Assembly (NCBI GenBank): GCA_900550495.1
Contig: URSJ01000004.1
Coordinates: forward strand, 7,908 to 71,907
DNA from: an uncultured Rickettsiales bacterium
GTDB lineage: Bacteria; Pseudomonadota; Alphaproteobacteria; Rs-D84
Direction: 5' to 3'
Length of the DNA stretch: 64,000 nucleotides
Part shown: positions 15,938 through 25,713 of the stretch, piece after piece
Numbering within the stretch: the stretch's first letter is position 1
Layout: the number at the start of each line of letters is the position of its first letter
The notes under the pieces: model-generated
Databases searched by the model: none
What the model saw: only the letters and a program-made list of their open reading frames with translations
What the model was told of the DNA's origin: nothing
Made by a program: the position numbers and the translations under genes

Positions 15938-17564
15938 AGTTCAGTGGTGCACCCCAATGCTGTTGTATACTGCGTTCAGCGTCCATCGGACTGACTAATA
16001 CCTGGGGTGTCAAGATAACAACCAGAGTATCGCGCGTCGCCGATGCTTCTCGCGACCCCGACAGTGCCATAAAGTCTGGATCACCCAAACCATAACGCGT
16101 ATCATTATTGGTCTGCTTTTCAAAGCCTGATACAACCAACATCTGACCAGATTCCATAATAACTTCTTGCATGAAACTACGTTCTTCAACCTCTGGCAAT
16201 TGTAATGTAACTTCGCCGATGGTCTGAGTGGACATTTTCAGCAATTCACGCACCGACATACGGAACAGCAACAGAATCTTGCCGTTTTCCAAAACATTTG
16301 GCAACAGTTGCATTGAAAATCCAGTTTCCAGATCGTCCTGGTCAACAGTGCTGGATTCAACCGTTGTAAAATTACGTGATTCAAAACGTTTGATATATCC
16401 CGTGGTCTTGGTGTTGTTCACAGGCGCCACACGGTTGCTGCGCGTAGTGACACCGACGTTCGTAACCAATGATACCTTGCCCTGCTTTGCCAATGCTTCT
16501 ATCAACGCGTTACTGCCTGCGCCACGTGCCAAAGAACCATTTTTAATCTGGTCTTGGGTATACGCCCCTGCAACAGTAGACGAACCCTCGACATGGGTGG
16601 CACCCGTCAAAGCCGACACAGTATTAGACAAAACCGCGATGTTCATTGAACTGGCTTCGGTCGTGGCCAAATTGTTCTTTGGGTTGGCAACAATGTTCAA
16701 GCCCGACGCACTATTGATTGCCGCCGCCAAATTCAAACCAAATGCCGAATCGTTTGAAATCGAAACCTGCAACACCTTGACATCAATGGTCACCAACTGG
16801 GACAAACGTTTGTTTTGTCTGTTGATATATTCACCAACGCGTGTCAATACCGATGGTGGTGCAGTAACCGTGATTGTCCCCAAACTGCGCGATACAGTAA
16901 AGTCTGCATTGTCGGTCTTGCCAACGATACCGGAAATCGCCTTTTCAATTTCATCCCACTCTTTTAATGTAGATTCCAATGCCACCTGGTTACCGTCATC
17001 AGTTTGAACAGCAGTCTGGTATGACACATCAGTCCCCAAAGCATACAATGTAAATGTCTTGGTTTCTGTTTCATAGAAAACAATTGATGTTTTGTCGTAA
17101 TACCACAACAGGTCTAAATCCGTCGCAACTTGGGACAACAGACCGGACAATTTGCCAGTATATGCAACATTAATCGTCTTTTTTAATTTTTCAGAATTTA
17201 CCTGGTTATCAATTTTAACGGGGATTCCAGTCATAGAATTGATGTTATTTGCCAACACCTGTAACGTGACCGGCTCGTTCAACAAGATTGTAACCCCAGT
17301 ATCGGTTTCAAATTGCGATGGCAAATTGTTACGATGTTCCAAGACCGTCGATTTGTTACCCAACCATACACCTTCGGACATGGACACTGTATCACCACTG
17401 GCAACCTTGGCTCGTGGATTTTTGGCCATTTCAAATGCATCATATGCATTAACAAAATCCTGGTCAACCGTTGACGCCACTTTGGCGGATTCCTTGACTG
17501 CACACCCAGCCAGCGCAAATGTCAATATGCCGCACATAAATATTATCTTTGCTGATTTTATCAT
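15936..17564 (-). CDS. Lipoprotein secretin of the type IVb pilus PilN/BfpB/TcpC type
   Basis: Lipobox LAGC at the N-terminus. C-terminal secretin domain (VKVLQVSISNDSAFGLNL, LVTNVGVTTRSNRVAPV, GFSMQLLPNVLENGKILL, MLVVSGF, TLVVILTPQVL). Confidence 0.8.
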   Translation of the reverse strand: MIKSAKIIFMCGILTFALAGCAVKESAKVASTVDQDFVNAYDAFEMAKNPRAKVASGDTVSMSEGVWLGNKSTVLEHRNNLPSQFETDTGVTILLNEPVTLQVLANNINSMTGIPVKIDNQVNSEKLKKTINVAYTGKLSGLLSQVATDLDLLWYYDKTSIVFYETETKTFTLYALGTDVSYQTAVQTDDGNQVALESTLKEWDEIEKAISGIVGKTDNADFTVSRSLGTITVTAPPSVLTRVGEYINRQNKRLSQLVTIDVKVLQVSISNDSAFGLNLAAAINSASGLNIVANPKNNLATTEASSMNIAVLSNTVSALTGATHVEGSSTVAGAYTQDQIKNGSLARGAGSNALIEALAKQGKVSLVTNVGVTTRSNRVAPVNNTKTTGYIKRFESRNFTTVESSTVDQDDLETGFSMQLLPNVLENGKILLLFRMSVRELLKMSTQTIGEVTLQLPEVEERSFMQEVIMESGQMLVVSGFEKQTNNDTRYGLGDPDFMALSGSREASATRDTLVVILTPQVLVSPMDAERSIQQHWGAPLN

Positions 17565-17608
17565 TTATCTTTCTCCCTGTGACGATGGTTGACACAACCC
17601 CACGCGTT

Positions 17609-18517
17609 TTATTCCTCGTTCGTAGAAACCACCAAGACGCGATTTCCCTTGTAGAATTTTGCATATGGAATCGGTGTTGCGCGCCCAAAGTTACGAACCA
17701 AAGCAGACGCCACGTCAACAAAGCGTCCTTTGAATACGGCGCTGGCCTCTATTGGATATTCGCGCGATGTCGCCCAAACCAAATCCCAACCTTCTTTGTC
17801 ACACCAGTTTTGTAAAACCTCACGCAGGGTCTGGCCATTTGCAACAACCCAAGAACGCACCTGGTCTGCGACCTTTTGTGCTGGCTCTGCATCAGCTGAT
17901 ACGTTTACAGAAATCTCTGTTTCTTCGTTAACAATTTCGCCGTTTTCATCGGTTGTTGTTTTTGTCATACCCGTCTTGGCAGCGAAAGCATCGTAACTAT
18001 CGGCGTATTTTGCACAGTTCTTGCGTCCACTGCGTGCAACAGACAAAATTGCACCACCATCATCTTCCAACATTTCTCGATGCAATAACGGCATTTCTGA
18101 GCCAGAATTGCACTCGTCATCAAACCCGACCGGAATCTGGGTTCCATGCAGCATATTTGCACCACCAGACCAGTCACCAAAACCATCACCCGTTCCCAGA
18201 TTAAAATTATTTTCAACAACCAGGTCTGCGCCAATCTTGGACACAATGCGAATATTATCAGATTGCGAACTCTGGGCACACGCACCATCTTCGCATGCGA
18301 TTTCAACATCGGCATCCGTTCCCGCCATCGGCCATACCGGTACCGCTGCCTGAACCGTTTCAGTTGTTTCAACCGTCTGTACCTGCTGATTAGCATCCGA
18401 TGATTTATCCTGGGTATAAAAAACCTCACTCGTGACAATCTGGGGCAATGATTCTGCGGCAAAGCAATAACCAGCAGCCGTCGCAAACATTGCAAAAACT
18501 AAAATCTTACGGAACAT
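17609..18517 (-). CDS. TcpQ/PilL-like protein (C-terminal toxin-coregulated-pilus protein Q-type domain)
   Basis: Signal peptide MFRKILVFAMFATAAGYCFA. The C-terminus WVVANGQTLREVLQNWCDKEGWDLVWATSREYPIEASAVFKGRFVDVASALV..FYKGNRVLVV matches the TcpQ/PilL pattern. Start set to ATG 18517 behind AGGAAAGGAAG. Confidence 0.65.
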   Translation of the reverse strand: MFRKILVFAMFATAAGYCFAAESLPQIVTSEVFYTQDKSSDANQQVQTVETTETVQAAVPVWPMAGTDADVEIACEDGACAQSSQSDNIRIVSKIGADLVVENNFNLGTGDGFGDWSGGANMLHGTQIPVGFDDECNSGSEMPLLHREMLEDDGGAILSVARSGRKNCAKYADSYDAFAAKTGMTKTTTDENGEIVNEETEISVNVSADAEPAQKVADQVRSWVVANGQTLREVLQNWCDKEGWDLVWATSREYPIEASAVFKGRFVDVASALVRNFGRATPIPYAKFYKGNRVLVVSTNEE

Positions 18518-18694
18518 AAAAACTTCCTTTCCTGAACAAGTTATCATATTTTTTTACTTATTATAACAATTTGACCGAATCTGTGCAAGACCAAATCGCA
18601 CCCCACAAAATTTATCGTTTGCAAGATAAAATCGCACGAATCGGTAAAAGATGTTATACTTAGAACCATCAGACATGCTATCAAGGGTAAAATT

Positions 18695-19240
18695 ATGCAA
18701 AACACATTGATTTTAATTGGAATTTGCGCGTTGATTGTTATATCTGGGGTGATGTTTACCCTGTTTTTCGGAATGCATCGCCGCATGCGCGACATGGCAA
18801 AAACATTGACATACCAATACAATCTGATTGTGAAAATTCAGTCTGTGTTAAAAAATAAATCCGCTACAAATGCTGTCGCGGAAAATGCAGAAATGATTTA
18901 CCAGGATTTATTGCAAAACCTAATTCCAATTATGGCTGCAATTGACGTTATGCCCCGCACGACCCCCGAACATCCGCTGTGGCGTGCATTAGGTGGAATT
19001 TTGGACGAATATTCCAAAAATCCGTTTGTTCTGGAAAAACTGCGCAGATGTATTAAACTGGACGCCGAGGTTGCCCGCAGCATTGATAATTACATGAACC
19101 GTGCTGATGGGTTCTTGCAACACCTCAGCAAGACAGAGCCAGACGGGATTCTGGCGGCAACGTTCACTGATGGATTGCTTGGCCAATCGCTGACATTTTT
19201 TGCCCAGGCACGCGCCCTGGCCAAACAACACAATGACTAG
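18695..19240 (+). CDS. Hypothetical N-terminally membrane-anchored protein (181 aa), abutting sufB (TAG-ATG)
   Basis: One N-terminal TM segment (LILIGICALIVISGVMFTLFF). Its stop codon is immediately followed by the sufB ATG. Confidence 0.6.
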   Translation: MQNTLILIGICALIVISGVMFTLFFGMHRRMRDMAKTLTYQYNLIVKIQSVLKNKSATNAVAENAEMIYQDLLQNLIPIMAAIDVMPRTTPEHPLWRALGGILDEYSKNPFVLEKLRRCIKLDAEVARSIDNYMNRADGFLQHLSKTEPDGILAATFTDGLLGQSLTFFAQARALAKQHND

Positions 19241-20575
19241 ATGGCAAAACTGACTGAAAATCTTGTCCGTGAAATATCGCATGTGCGTAACGAACCTGCA
19301 TGGTTAACCGAATGGCGCATTGCCGCATTTAATGCATGGCGCGACATGCATGAGCCACATTGGGCCGAATTTGACTATGCACCGATTGACTATGATGAAT
19401 TGAATTACTATAACACGCCAGCCCCCATTGATAATTCTGATTTAAAAAGCACATACGAAAAAATGGGTCTGCCCGAATCAGAACAGCGTGCACTGTTAGG
19501 TATGGCAACAGATACCGTCATTGACAGCCGGTCTGTCCACACATCTTATACCGAAAAATTAAACGCGTTGGGGATAATATTTTTACCATTTTCAGATGCA
19601 GTGCGCCTGTATCCTGAACTGATAAAAAAATATTTAGGCAGTGTTGTTTCTGCAACAGACAATTTTTTTGCTGCGTTAAACGCGGCGGTGTTTTCAGATG
19701 GCACATTTGTCTATATTCCGCCGCACACAAAATGCCCAATTGACCTGGCCAGTTATTTCAGAATTGAAACCGCCAAAATTGGACAATTTGAACGCACATT
19801 GATTATTGCAGACACGGGCGCAGAATTATCGTATATGGAGGGTTGCAGTGCCCCTCGTCGTCCCAATCACCAATTACACAGTGGGGTCGTTGAAATCATC
19901 GCACTGGACGATGCACACGTAAAATATGCAACTGTCCAGAACTGGTATGCTGGTGAAATGCACGACGATAAAAATATTGGCGGTATTTTAAACTTTGTGA
20001 CCAAACGTGGCCGCGCAGAAAAAAACGCAACTATTGACTGGACCCAGGTTGAAATCGGCTCGGCTATGACATGGAAATATCCGTCAACTATTTTGGCCGG
20101 TGATGGTGCACACAGTGATTTTTATTCACTGACTATTACCCGCGGGGCGCAGTTGGCAGATACCGGAACAAAAATGATTCACATCGGAAACGATACTGTA
20201 TCAAATATTGTTTCATACGGTGTGGCACTAGAAAAATCACATCAAACATTTCGCAGCCTGGTGTCTTTTTCGGGCCACGGCGGTAAAAACGCATCTAAAT
20301 GTGACACACGCATAATCGGCAATAACGCGATGGCAAATACGTTGCCAACAATTATTCACACAAACGGCGATAATACCCAAAGTCACGAGGCCACCACTGG
20401 TGCCATTGACGCAAATCAATTATTATTTTTAATGCAATCAGGGATTGCCCAAGACGAAGCAACAGCCCTGATCATCGGCGCGTCAGCGGCACCAATTATA
20501 TCGCGCCTGCCGATGGAATTTTTGGTTGAATCCAAACAACTGATTCAAATGGCACTTGCAAACGCACAGGATTAA
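19241..20575 (+). CDS. sufB: Fe-S cluster assembly protein SufB
   Basis: SufB/SufD beta-helix core with LSYMEGCSAP, QNWY and ILNFVTKRG motifs. Confidence 0.88.
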   Translation: MAKLTENLVREISHVRNEPAWLTEWRIAAFNAWRDMHEPHWAEFDYAPIDYDELNYYNTPAPIDNSDLKSTYEKMGLPESEQRALLGMATDTVIDSRSVHTSYTEKLNALGIIFLPFSDAVRLYPELIKKYLGSVVSATDNFFAALNAAVFSDGTFVYIPPHTKCPIDLASYFRIETAKIGQFERTLIIADTGAELSYMEGCSAPRRPNHQLHSGVVEIIALDDAHVKYATVQNWYAGEMHDDKNIGGILNFVTKRGRAEKNATIDWTQVEIGSAMTWKYPSTILAGDGAHSDFYSLTITRGAQLADTGTKMIHIGNDTVSNIVSYGVALEKSHQTFRSLVSFSGHGGKNASKCDTRIIGNNAMANTLPTIIHTNGDNTQSHEATTGAIDANQLLFLMQSGIAQDEATALIIGASAAPIISRLPMEFLVESKQLIQMALANAQD

Positions 20576-20577
20576 AT

Positions 20578-21255
20578 ATGCTGGAAATAAAAAATTTATC
20601 TGTATCATTGGATGGGAAAAAATTACTGACCGATATAAACATGACGGTTACGGTTGGTGCACGACATTTACTGGCGGGCCATAATGGTTCTGGCAAATCA
20701 ACACTGGCAGCGGTTATTGCCGGAAATCCGCTATATAGCATTGATAGTGGGCAAATAATTTTTGGCAATCGCGATATAACGCACGAAAACACAACAACAC
20801 GTGCACTGCTGGGGATATTTCTGGGCGCACAAAATGTGCCAGAAATCCCTGGGTTAAGTGTTTTATCATTTTTAAAGCATTCATGCGCTGCACACGCACA
20901 TTTTCAAACCGGGCGTGATTTATCAATGGGCGAGTTTTTACAGAAATTAGAAAGCGTCCGCACCGAATTAAACATTCCCAAAGAGTGGCTGAATCGCAGT
21001 ATTAACGTCGGCTTTTCCGGCGGCGAACGCAAACGTTTGATGTTGTTACGTCTGAAAATGGTTGCGCCCACGTTTGCAATTTTGGACGAACCTGATTCTG
21101 GCGCAGACAGCGATACCCAACATTTGATTGCCGATACAATTCACGATATGCCAAACACGACATTTATGTTTATCAGTCATCAACCTGATTTTACCAACAT
21201 GGTCAGACCATCTGATATAACAACTTTGTCAAACGGCCATATTATGATAAAATAA
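20578..21255 (+). CDS. sufC: Fe-S cluster assembly ATPase SufC
   Basis: ABC ATPase motifs (GHNGSGKST, FSGGERKR, ILDEPDSG). It directly follows sufB. Confidence 0.9.
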   Translation: MLEIKNLSVSLDGKKLLTDINMTVTVGARHLLAGHNGSGKSTLAAVIAGNPLYSIDSGQIIFGNRDITHENTTTRALLGIFLGAQNVPEIPGLSVLSFLKHSCAAHAHFQTGRDLSMGEFLQKLESVRTELNIPKEWLNRSINVGFSGGERKRLMLLRLKMVAPTFAILDEPDSGADSDTQHLIADTIHDMPNTTFMFISHQPDFTNMVRPSDITTLSNGHIMIK

Positions 21256-21289
21256 TTAGCATAATAAACAACCCAAGGGACGAACAAAA

Positions 21290-22210
21290 ATGAAAAAACA
21301 ACCTGAACAACCGATTTCATTAATGTCATGGACGTTGTGGCGGCCATTGCGTTTTGCAATTACTTCATTTGCAATTATGTGTGGTGTTGGGGTGCTGTAT
21401 TCACTGATTGCACCACACATCACAGCGACACCAATTTTGTGGCCACTGTGGATTTTATTTGGCATCTGCTTGGGGGGGACTGCATATTTAATGTTACGTC
21501 GTATGCCATGCGGTGATATATCCCAACGTGGTTTTATTGCACTGGATACGTTACAGATTATTGTAATGTATCTGGCATTGTTTGGGACTGTTTTAGTAAC
21601 AACACAAATGCAACGCATCGCATACCATATGATTATGGCTGGGCATGCAGGCAATACTTGGTTTGTTATCACAGTTGCAGTTGTTTCAATATTTGCGCTG
21701 TATATGACGGGATTGGGGCTATCAAATTTATATGCGAAATTTCGCCGTGCACGCTCAATGGGCATATCATCATGGGCGGCGATTTTAAGTATGCCATTTT
21801 CATTTGGGCTGTTTTGGATACCAGGATACATTTTGCCGGACGCCACCACACCAGAATCATGTGTCACCATTCGTCCAAAATGGTATGACAAATTATCACA
21901 AAAAATTGCAGACAACATCATAACCAGCACATTGGCGTTTGTAATACTGACCCTTCTTTCCGGACTGCTGGTGGGCATGCAAACATTACTGGTTACAGGA
22001 ATTATACTGGCAGCATTTTTCGCATGGACGGCCATTTATGGACTTGCAAAATTCAAGAAAAACATCAGTGGCGCATATTCTATATTTGCCGTATGTACGA
22101 ACATAATCATGATTATTGCAACCATAATATTGATTGCAATAAACGCAAATCAAACATCACAAAATGTTACCATGAATATTTCAGATGTGACCCCAGAAAC
22201 GATAGAGTAA
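21290..22210 (+). CDS. Hypothetical polytopic membrane protein (306 aa)
   Basis: Multiple hydrophobic helices and an MKKQ start after a GGGA SD-like sequence. Preferred over the fully overlapping antisense ORF at 21256-22035. Confidence 0.55.
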   Translation: MKKQPEQPISLMSWTLWRPLRFAITSFAIMCGVGVLYSLIAPHITATPILWPLWILFGICLGGTAYLMLRRMPCGDISQRGFIALDTLQIIVMYLALFGTVLVTTQMQRIAYHMIMAGHAGNTWFVITVAVVSIFALYMTGLGLSNLYAKFRRARSMGISSWAAILSMPFSFGLFWIPGYILPDATTPESCVTIRPKWYDKLSQKIADNIITSTLAFVILTLLSGLLVGMQTLLVTGIILAAFFAWTAIYGLAKFKKNISGAYSIFAVCTNIIMIIATIILIAINANQTSQNVTMNISDVTPETIE

Positions 22211-22258
22211 AAAACGCGCTATATACACATATTCGCGGCATACAGGAGTTTTTAAACA

Positions 22259-23308
22259 ATGAACGGATTGATACTTTTTACGGGTGTTGTTTTTCTGTTA
22301 TGGCTGGGCCGCGTTATACTGGTCCCGCTGTTGGTGGCAACATTTTTGTGGTATTTGATAAACGCAATTTCGGCATATTGTCGCAAGGTTTTACCATTTC
22401 GTGATAACAACGCGCGTACCGCACATGGATTTTTGTCAGCGATGTTTGATTGGCTGGCCAATTGTATTGGTATTGGTGCACTGGTGGGATTAGGCTATTT
22501 ATTCGTGACTCAGGTTCGCCCAATGTTCTTGGAATTGATTGCCGCCCTGCCCGCTATTCAAGGTAAACTTGTTGACTTGGGTGCGATGCTGTCTGCCAAT
22601 TTGGGGATAAAATTTGACATGTCAATGATTCCAAATGTTGCCAAAATGGCAACCAATGTCGGTATATCATTGGCAGGAATGGCAACATCAATTGGCATGA
22701 TATGTATATACCTGCTGTTCATGTTCGTTGAACAAACAACATTTGATAAAAAGTTTTCCGCTTTATTCCCAAACAAGGCTCAATCAAAAAAGATGCGTTA
22801 TATTGTGGACAGTATTGATACCAATATGAAAAAGTATCTGTTTATGAAAACGCTGATTTCTGGCGCAACTGGTATTTTGGCGTATTTATGGCTCAACATG
22901 TTGGGTCTGGAATTTGCCGGCGTTTGGGCGTTTATCGTATTTGTTACCAGTTATATCCCAACAATCGGTGCAATTATCGCGTGCAGTTTGCCAATCTTGT
23001 ATTCTCTGGCAGTTAGTTCGAATTTACATACGCCTATATTGGTGGCAACGGGTCTGATTGGATTACAGATATTACTGTCCAATATTATTGAACCAAAATT
23101 GACCGGTAAAACATTAAACCTGTCAACGTTGGCGATATTGATAAACCTGGTATTTTGGGGGTTATTATGGGGCGTCGCCGGTATGTTTTTCAGTGTGCCG
23201 TTATTGGTTGCAACGTTTATCATCACCGCACAATTTGATTCTACACGTTGGATTGCAGTCTTGTTATCTGCGGACGGCAATATCCCTGACAAGCGTGAAT
23301 CTGAATAA
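22259..23308 (+). CDS. AI-2E family transporter (PerM/UPF0118)
   Basis: Multi-TM protein with YIPTIGAII, SNIIEPKLTGKTLNLS and FWGLLWGVAGMFFSVPLL motifs. Confidence 0.85.
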   Translation: MNGLILFTGVVFLLWLGRVILVPLLVATFLWYLINAISAYCRKVLPFRDNNARTAHGFLSAMFDWLANCIGIGALVGLGYLFVTQVRPMFLELIAALPAIQGKLVDLGAMLSANLGIKFDMSMIPNVAKMATNVGISLAGMATSIGMICIYLLFMFVEQTTFDKKFSALFPNKAQSKKMRYIVDSIDTNMKKYLFMKTLISGATGILAYLWLNMLGLEFAGVWAFIVFVTSYIPTIGAIIACSLPILYSLAVSSNLHTPILVATGLIGLQILLSNIIEPKLTGKTLNLSTLAILINLVFWGLLWGVAGMFFSVPLLVATFIITAQFDSTRWIAVLLSADGNIPDKRESE

Positions 23309-23310
23309 AT

Positions 23311-23346
23311 AAAAACGCGCTGGATACATGAAATCCGGCGTTTTTT
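23311..23346. terminator. Bidirectional terminator between the AI-2E transporter gene and ruvX
   Basis: A5, hairpin GCTGGAT..ATCCGGC, then T6. Confidence 0.65.
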
Positions 23347-23800
23347 ATTGTGCGCGACGTATTAAACTGATTGCATTTTCCAGTATCACACGCGCCGACG
23401 CAGAATCCAATTTTTGTTTTATATCTGTGCGCCGCACACGTCCCATCTCTGATTGTGCGATGACGCTGGAATAACTCTCGTCAATAAAACAGATTGGCAA
23501 ATCGGTTACTTGGGTCAAGGCCGTTGCGAATTCGCGAACGCGTGCCGTTGTATCAGATTCTGTGCCATCTGCATGCAGTGGCAATCCGATAATGATGCCG
23601 ACAGCCCCCTCGTTTGCGACAACATCTGCAACCCGACGTGCCAAATCGCATACCCCCGCACGCCGGGCGTCAATCGCATCGCGCGTGAACACGAATTCAC
23701 GTGACGCGTCCGACACCGCGACCCCAGTACGCGCCGCGCCCCAATCAATTCCAACAATGCGCCCTGTCCGCGGAAAAGCCTTGAAATCTGGCAGAATCAT
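23345..23800 (-). CDS. ruvX: Holliday junction resolvase-like protein RuvX/YqgF
   Basis: Motifs IVGIDWGAARTGVAVSD, IIGLPLHADGTES and FIDESYSS. Start set to ATG 23800 (MILPDF). Confidence 0.88.
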   Translation of the reverse strand: MILPDFKAFPRTGRIVGIDWGAARTGVAVSDASREFVFTRDAIDARRAGVCDLARRVADVVANEGAVGIIIGLPLHADGTESDTTARVREFATALTQVTDLPICFIDESYSSVIAQSEMGRVRRTDIKQKLDSASARVILENAISLIRRAQ

Positions 23801-23836
23801 TGTATAATTTCCTCTGACTAAATAATAGGATTTGAA

Positions 23837-24133
23837 ATGGCGTTTAGCAAGCAACAATTACAGAAATTTGCCAACCTGATCAGGATTGAAATTTCTGATG
23901 AACAACTGGAACAAATGAACATTGATTCCGTGATTGATTGGCTGGACAAATTACAGAAAATTGATACACGCGGTGTAAAACCAATGTTAAACCCGTCCGA
24001 ACATAAATTACCAATTCGCGCCGACATGGTGACCGATGGCGATATTCGTGACGCAATTATGGCGAACGCCCCTGACAAGGCCGGCGTATCACGTGGATAT
24101 TTTGCAGTCCCAAAAGTTATGGATGGTGAATAA
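23837..24133 (+). CDS. gatC: Asp/Glu-tRNA amidotransferase subunit C
   Basis: 98-aa protein with LIRIEISDEQL and VKPMLNP motifs. It precedes gatA. Confidence 0.9.
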   Translation: MAFSKQQLQKFANLIRIEISDEQLEQMNIDSVIDWLDKLQKIDTRGVKPMLNPSEHKLPIRADMVTDGDIRDAIMANAPDKAGVSRGYFAVPKVMDGE

Positions 24134-24135
24134 AA

Positions 24136-25602
24136 ATGATAGATTTAACGATTACCCAAGCATTAAAAAAATTAAAATCCCGCGAAATCAGCGCGACAGA
24201 ATTGACACGCGCATACTTGGCACGTATTGAAAAGTTCGGTAAAAAATTAAACTGCTATATCACCCAGACCCCTGACCGCGCGATGGCCGATGCCGCCGCT
24301 GCGGACACTCGCTATGCAAGTGGCACAGCCAGTGCATTGGACGGGATTCCAATCGGAATGAAAGATTTATTTGCAACACGTGGCATTCGCACAACAGCGG
24401 CGTCACGCATGCTGGAAAATTTCATACCAGAATACGAATCAACCGTATCTCAGAGATTTATTGATGCAGGCAGCGTCCTGTTAGGAAAAACCAATCTGGA
24501 CGAATTTGCAATGGGCACATTCAGCAAGACCAGTTATTTTGGCGCACCTGTGAACCCATGGCACATGGACCAAAATTTAACCGCTGGCGGTTCATCGGGT
24601 GGTTCAACCAGTGCGGTCGCTGGCGGTCTGGCCATGGCTGCAACCGGCACAGACACCGGGGGGTCGATTCGTTTTCCATCGGCAATAACTGGACTGGTTG
24701 GCATGAAACCAACATACGGTTTGTGCAGTCGCTGGGGGTGCGTCGCATTTGCGTCTAGCCTGGACACCCCGGGGCCCATTGCACGCACCGCCGATGACGC
24801 CGCATTATTGCTGTCTGTGATGGCTGGACATGACGTCAAGGATTCAACCAGTGCAACAAATGGATTTACATTTTCTGGCGAATTGTCGCCAATTATTGGT
24901 GACGGCAAAAAATTACGCATCGGCATTATCAAAGAATTCGCAAATGTTCAAATTTCGCCCGATATGAAACGAATATTTGACGCACGCATTGCTGATTTGA
25001 AATCGGCCGGTGCCGAAATAGTAGAAGTATCAATTCCAAACATCTTGGACGCATTAGCGGCATATTACATTATCGCCCCAGCCGAGGCGTCATCAAACCT
25101 GGCGCGATATGATGGTATGCGATATGGCCTGCGCGTTGAAGGGTCTGATTTAATTGACACATACAAAAAAACACGTGCCGCTGGTTTCGGGACCGAGGTT
25201 CAGCGTCGTATGATTGTCGGCGCAGCCGTTCTGTCCAGCGAATCATACGAGGTTTATTTTATGCAGGCGGCACGCGTTCGTCGCATGATTTCAGACAGTT
25301 TCAATACCGCATTTACGCAATGTGATTTAATTTTGTGTCCGGCCAGTGCTGGTACTGCAATGCCATTGGACTCTGATTTGACGCCGTTGGAATATTATGC
25401 ATTGGATTTATTCACGGTTGCAATGAATCTGGCCGGTATCCCAGCATGCAGTACACCGGCCGGCCTGGCAAGCAATGGATTACCACTGGGGATTCAGGTT
25501 GTTGGTCACCGGTTTGACGACATGCGCGTCTTGCAACTGGCAAAACACATTCAGGAATTTAGTGGCATTGACAACCGCCCGACAGTAATCATGGGGGAAT
25601 AA
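24136..25602 (+). CDS. gatA: Asp/Glu-tRNA amidotransferase subunit A
   Basis: Amidase signature GGSSGGSTSAVAGG..TGTDTGGSIRFPSA. Confidence 0.95.
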   Translation: MIDLTITQALKKLKSREISATELTRAYLARIEKFGKKLNCYITQTPDRAMADAAAADTRYASGTASALDGIPIGMKDLFATRGIRTTAASRMLENFIPEYESTVSQRFIDAGSVLLGKTNLDEFAMGTFSKTSYFGAPVNPWHMDQNLTAGGSSGGSTSAVAGGLAMAATGTDTGGSIRFPSAITGLVGMKPTYGLCSRWGCVAFASSLDTPGPIARTADDAALLLSVMAGHDVKDSTSATNGFTFSGELSPIIGDGKKLRIGIIKEFANVQISPDMKRIFDARIADLKSAGAEIVEVSIPNILDALAAYYIIAPAEASSNLARYDGMRYGLRVEGSDLIDTYKKTRAAGFGTEVQRRMIVGAAVLSSESYEVYFMQAARVRRMISDSFNTAFTQCDLILCPASAGTAMPLDSDLTPLEYYALDLFTVAMNLAGIPACSTPAGLASNGLPLGIQVVGHRFDDMRVLQLAKHIQEFSGIDNRPTVIMGE

Positions 25603-25637
25603 AAAAAAAGCGCACGAAACGCACGCATAAATAAAAA

Positions 25638-25713
25638 TGGTGGCTAGGAACGGAATCGAACCGCTGACACAGGGATTTTCAGTCCCTTGCTCTACCAACT
25701 GAGCTACCTAGCC
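25638..25713 (-). tRNA. tRNA-Phe (GAA), CCA encoded
   Basis: Manual cloverleaf fold: acceptor GGCTAGG/CCTAGCC, D arm GCTC..GAGC, anticodon arm AGGGA-CTGAAAA-TCCCT, T arm AGCGG-TTCGATT-CCGTT. Confidence 0.9.

Noticed and set aside
21256-22035. A 259-aa minus-strand ORF completely overlapping the plus-strand membrane-protein ORF at 21290-22210.
   Set aside because: Its sequence is Cys/His/Asn-rich with no helix or strand periodicity and no SD. The plus-strand ORF gives a coherent polytopic membrane protein with an MKK start. It is treated as an antisense artefact, although neither ORF has a recognised homologue.
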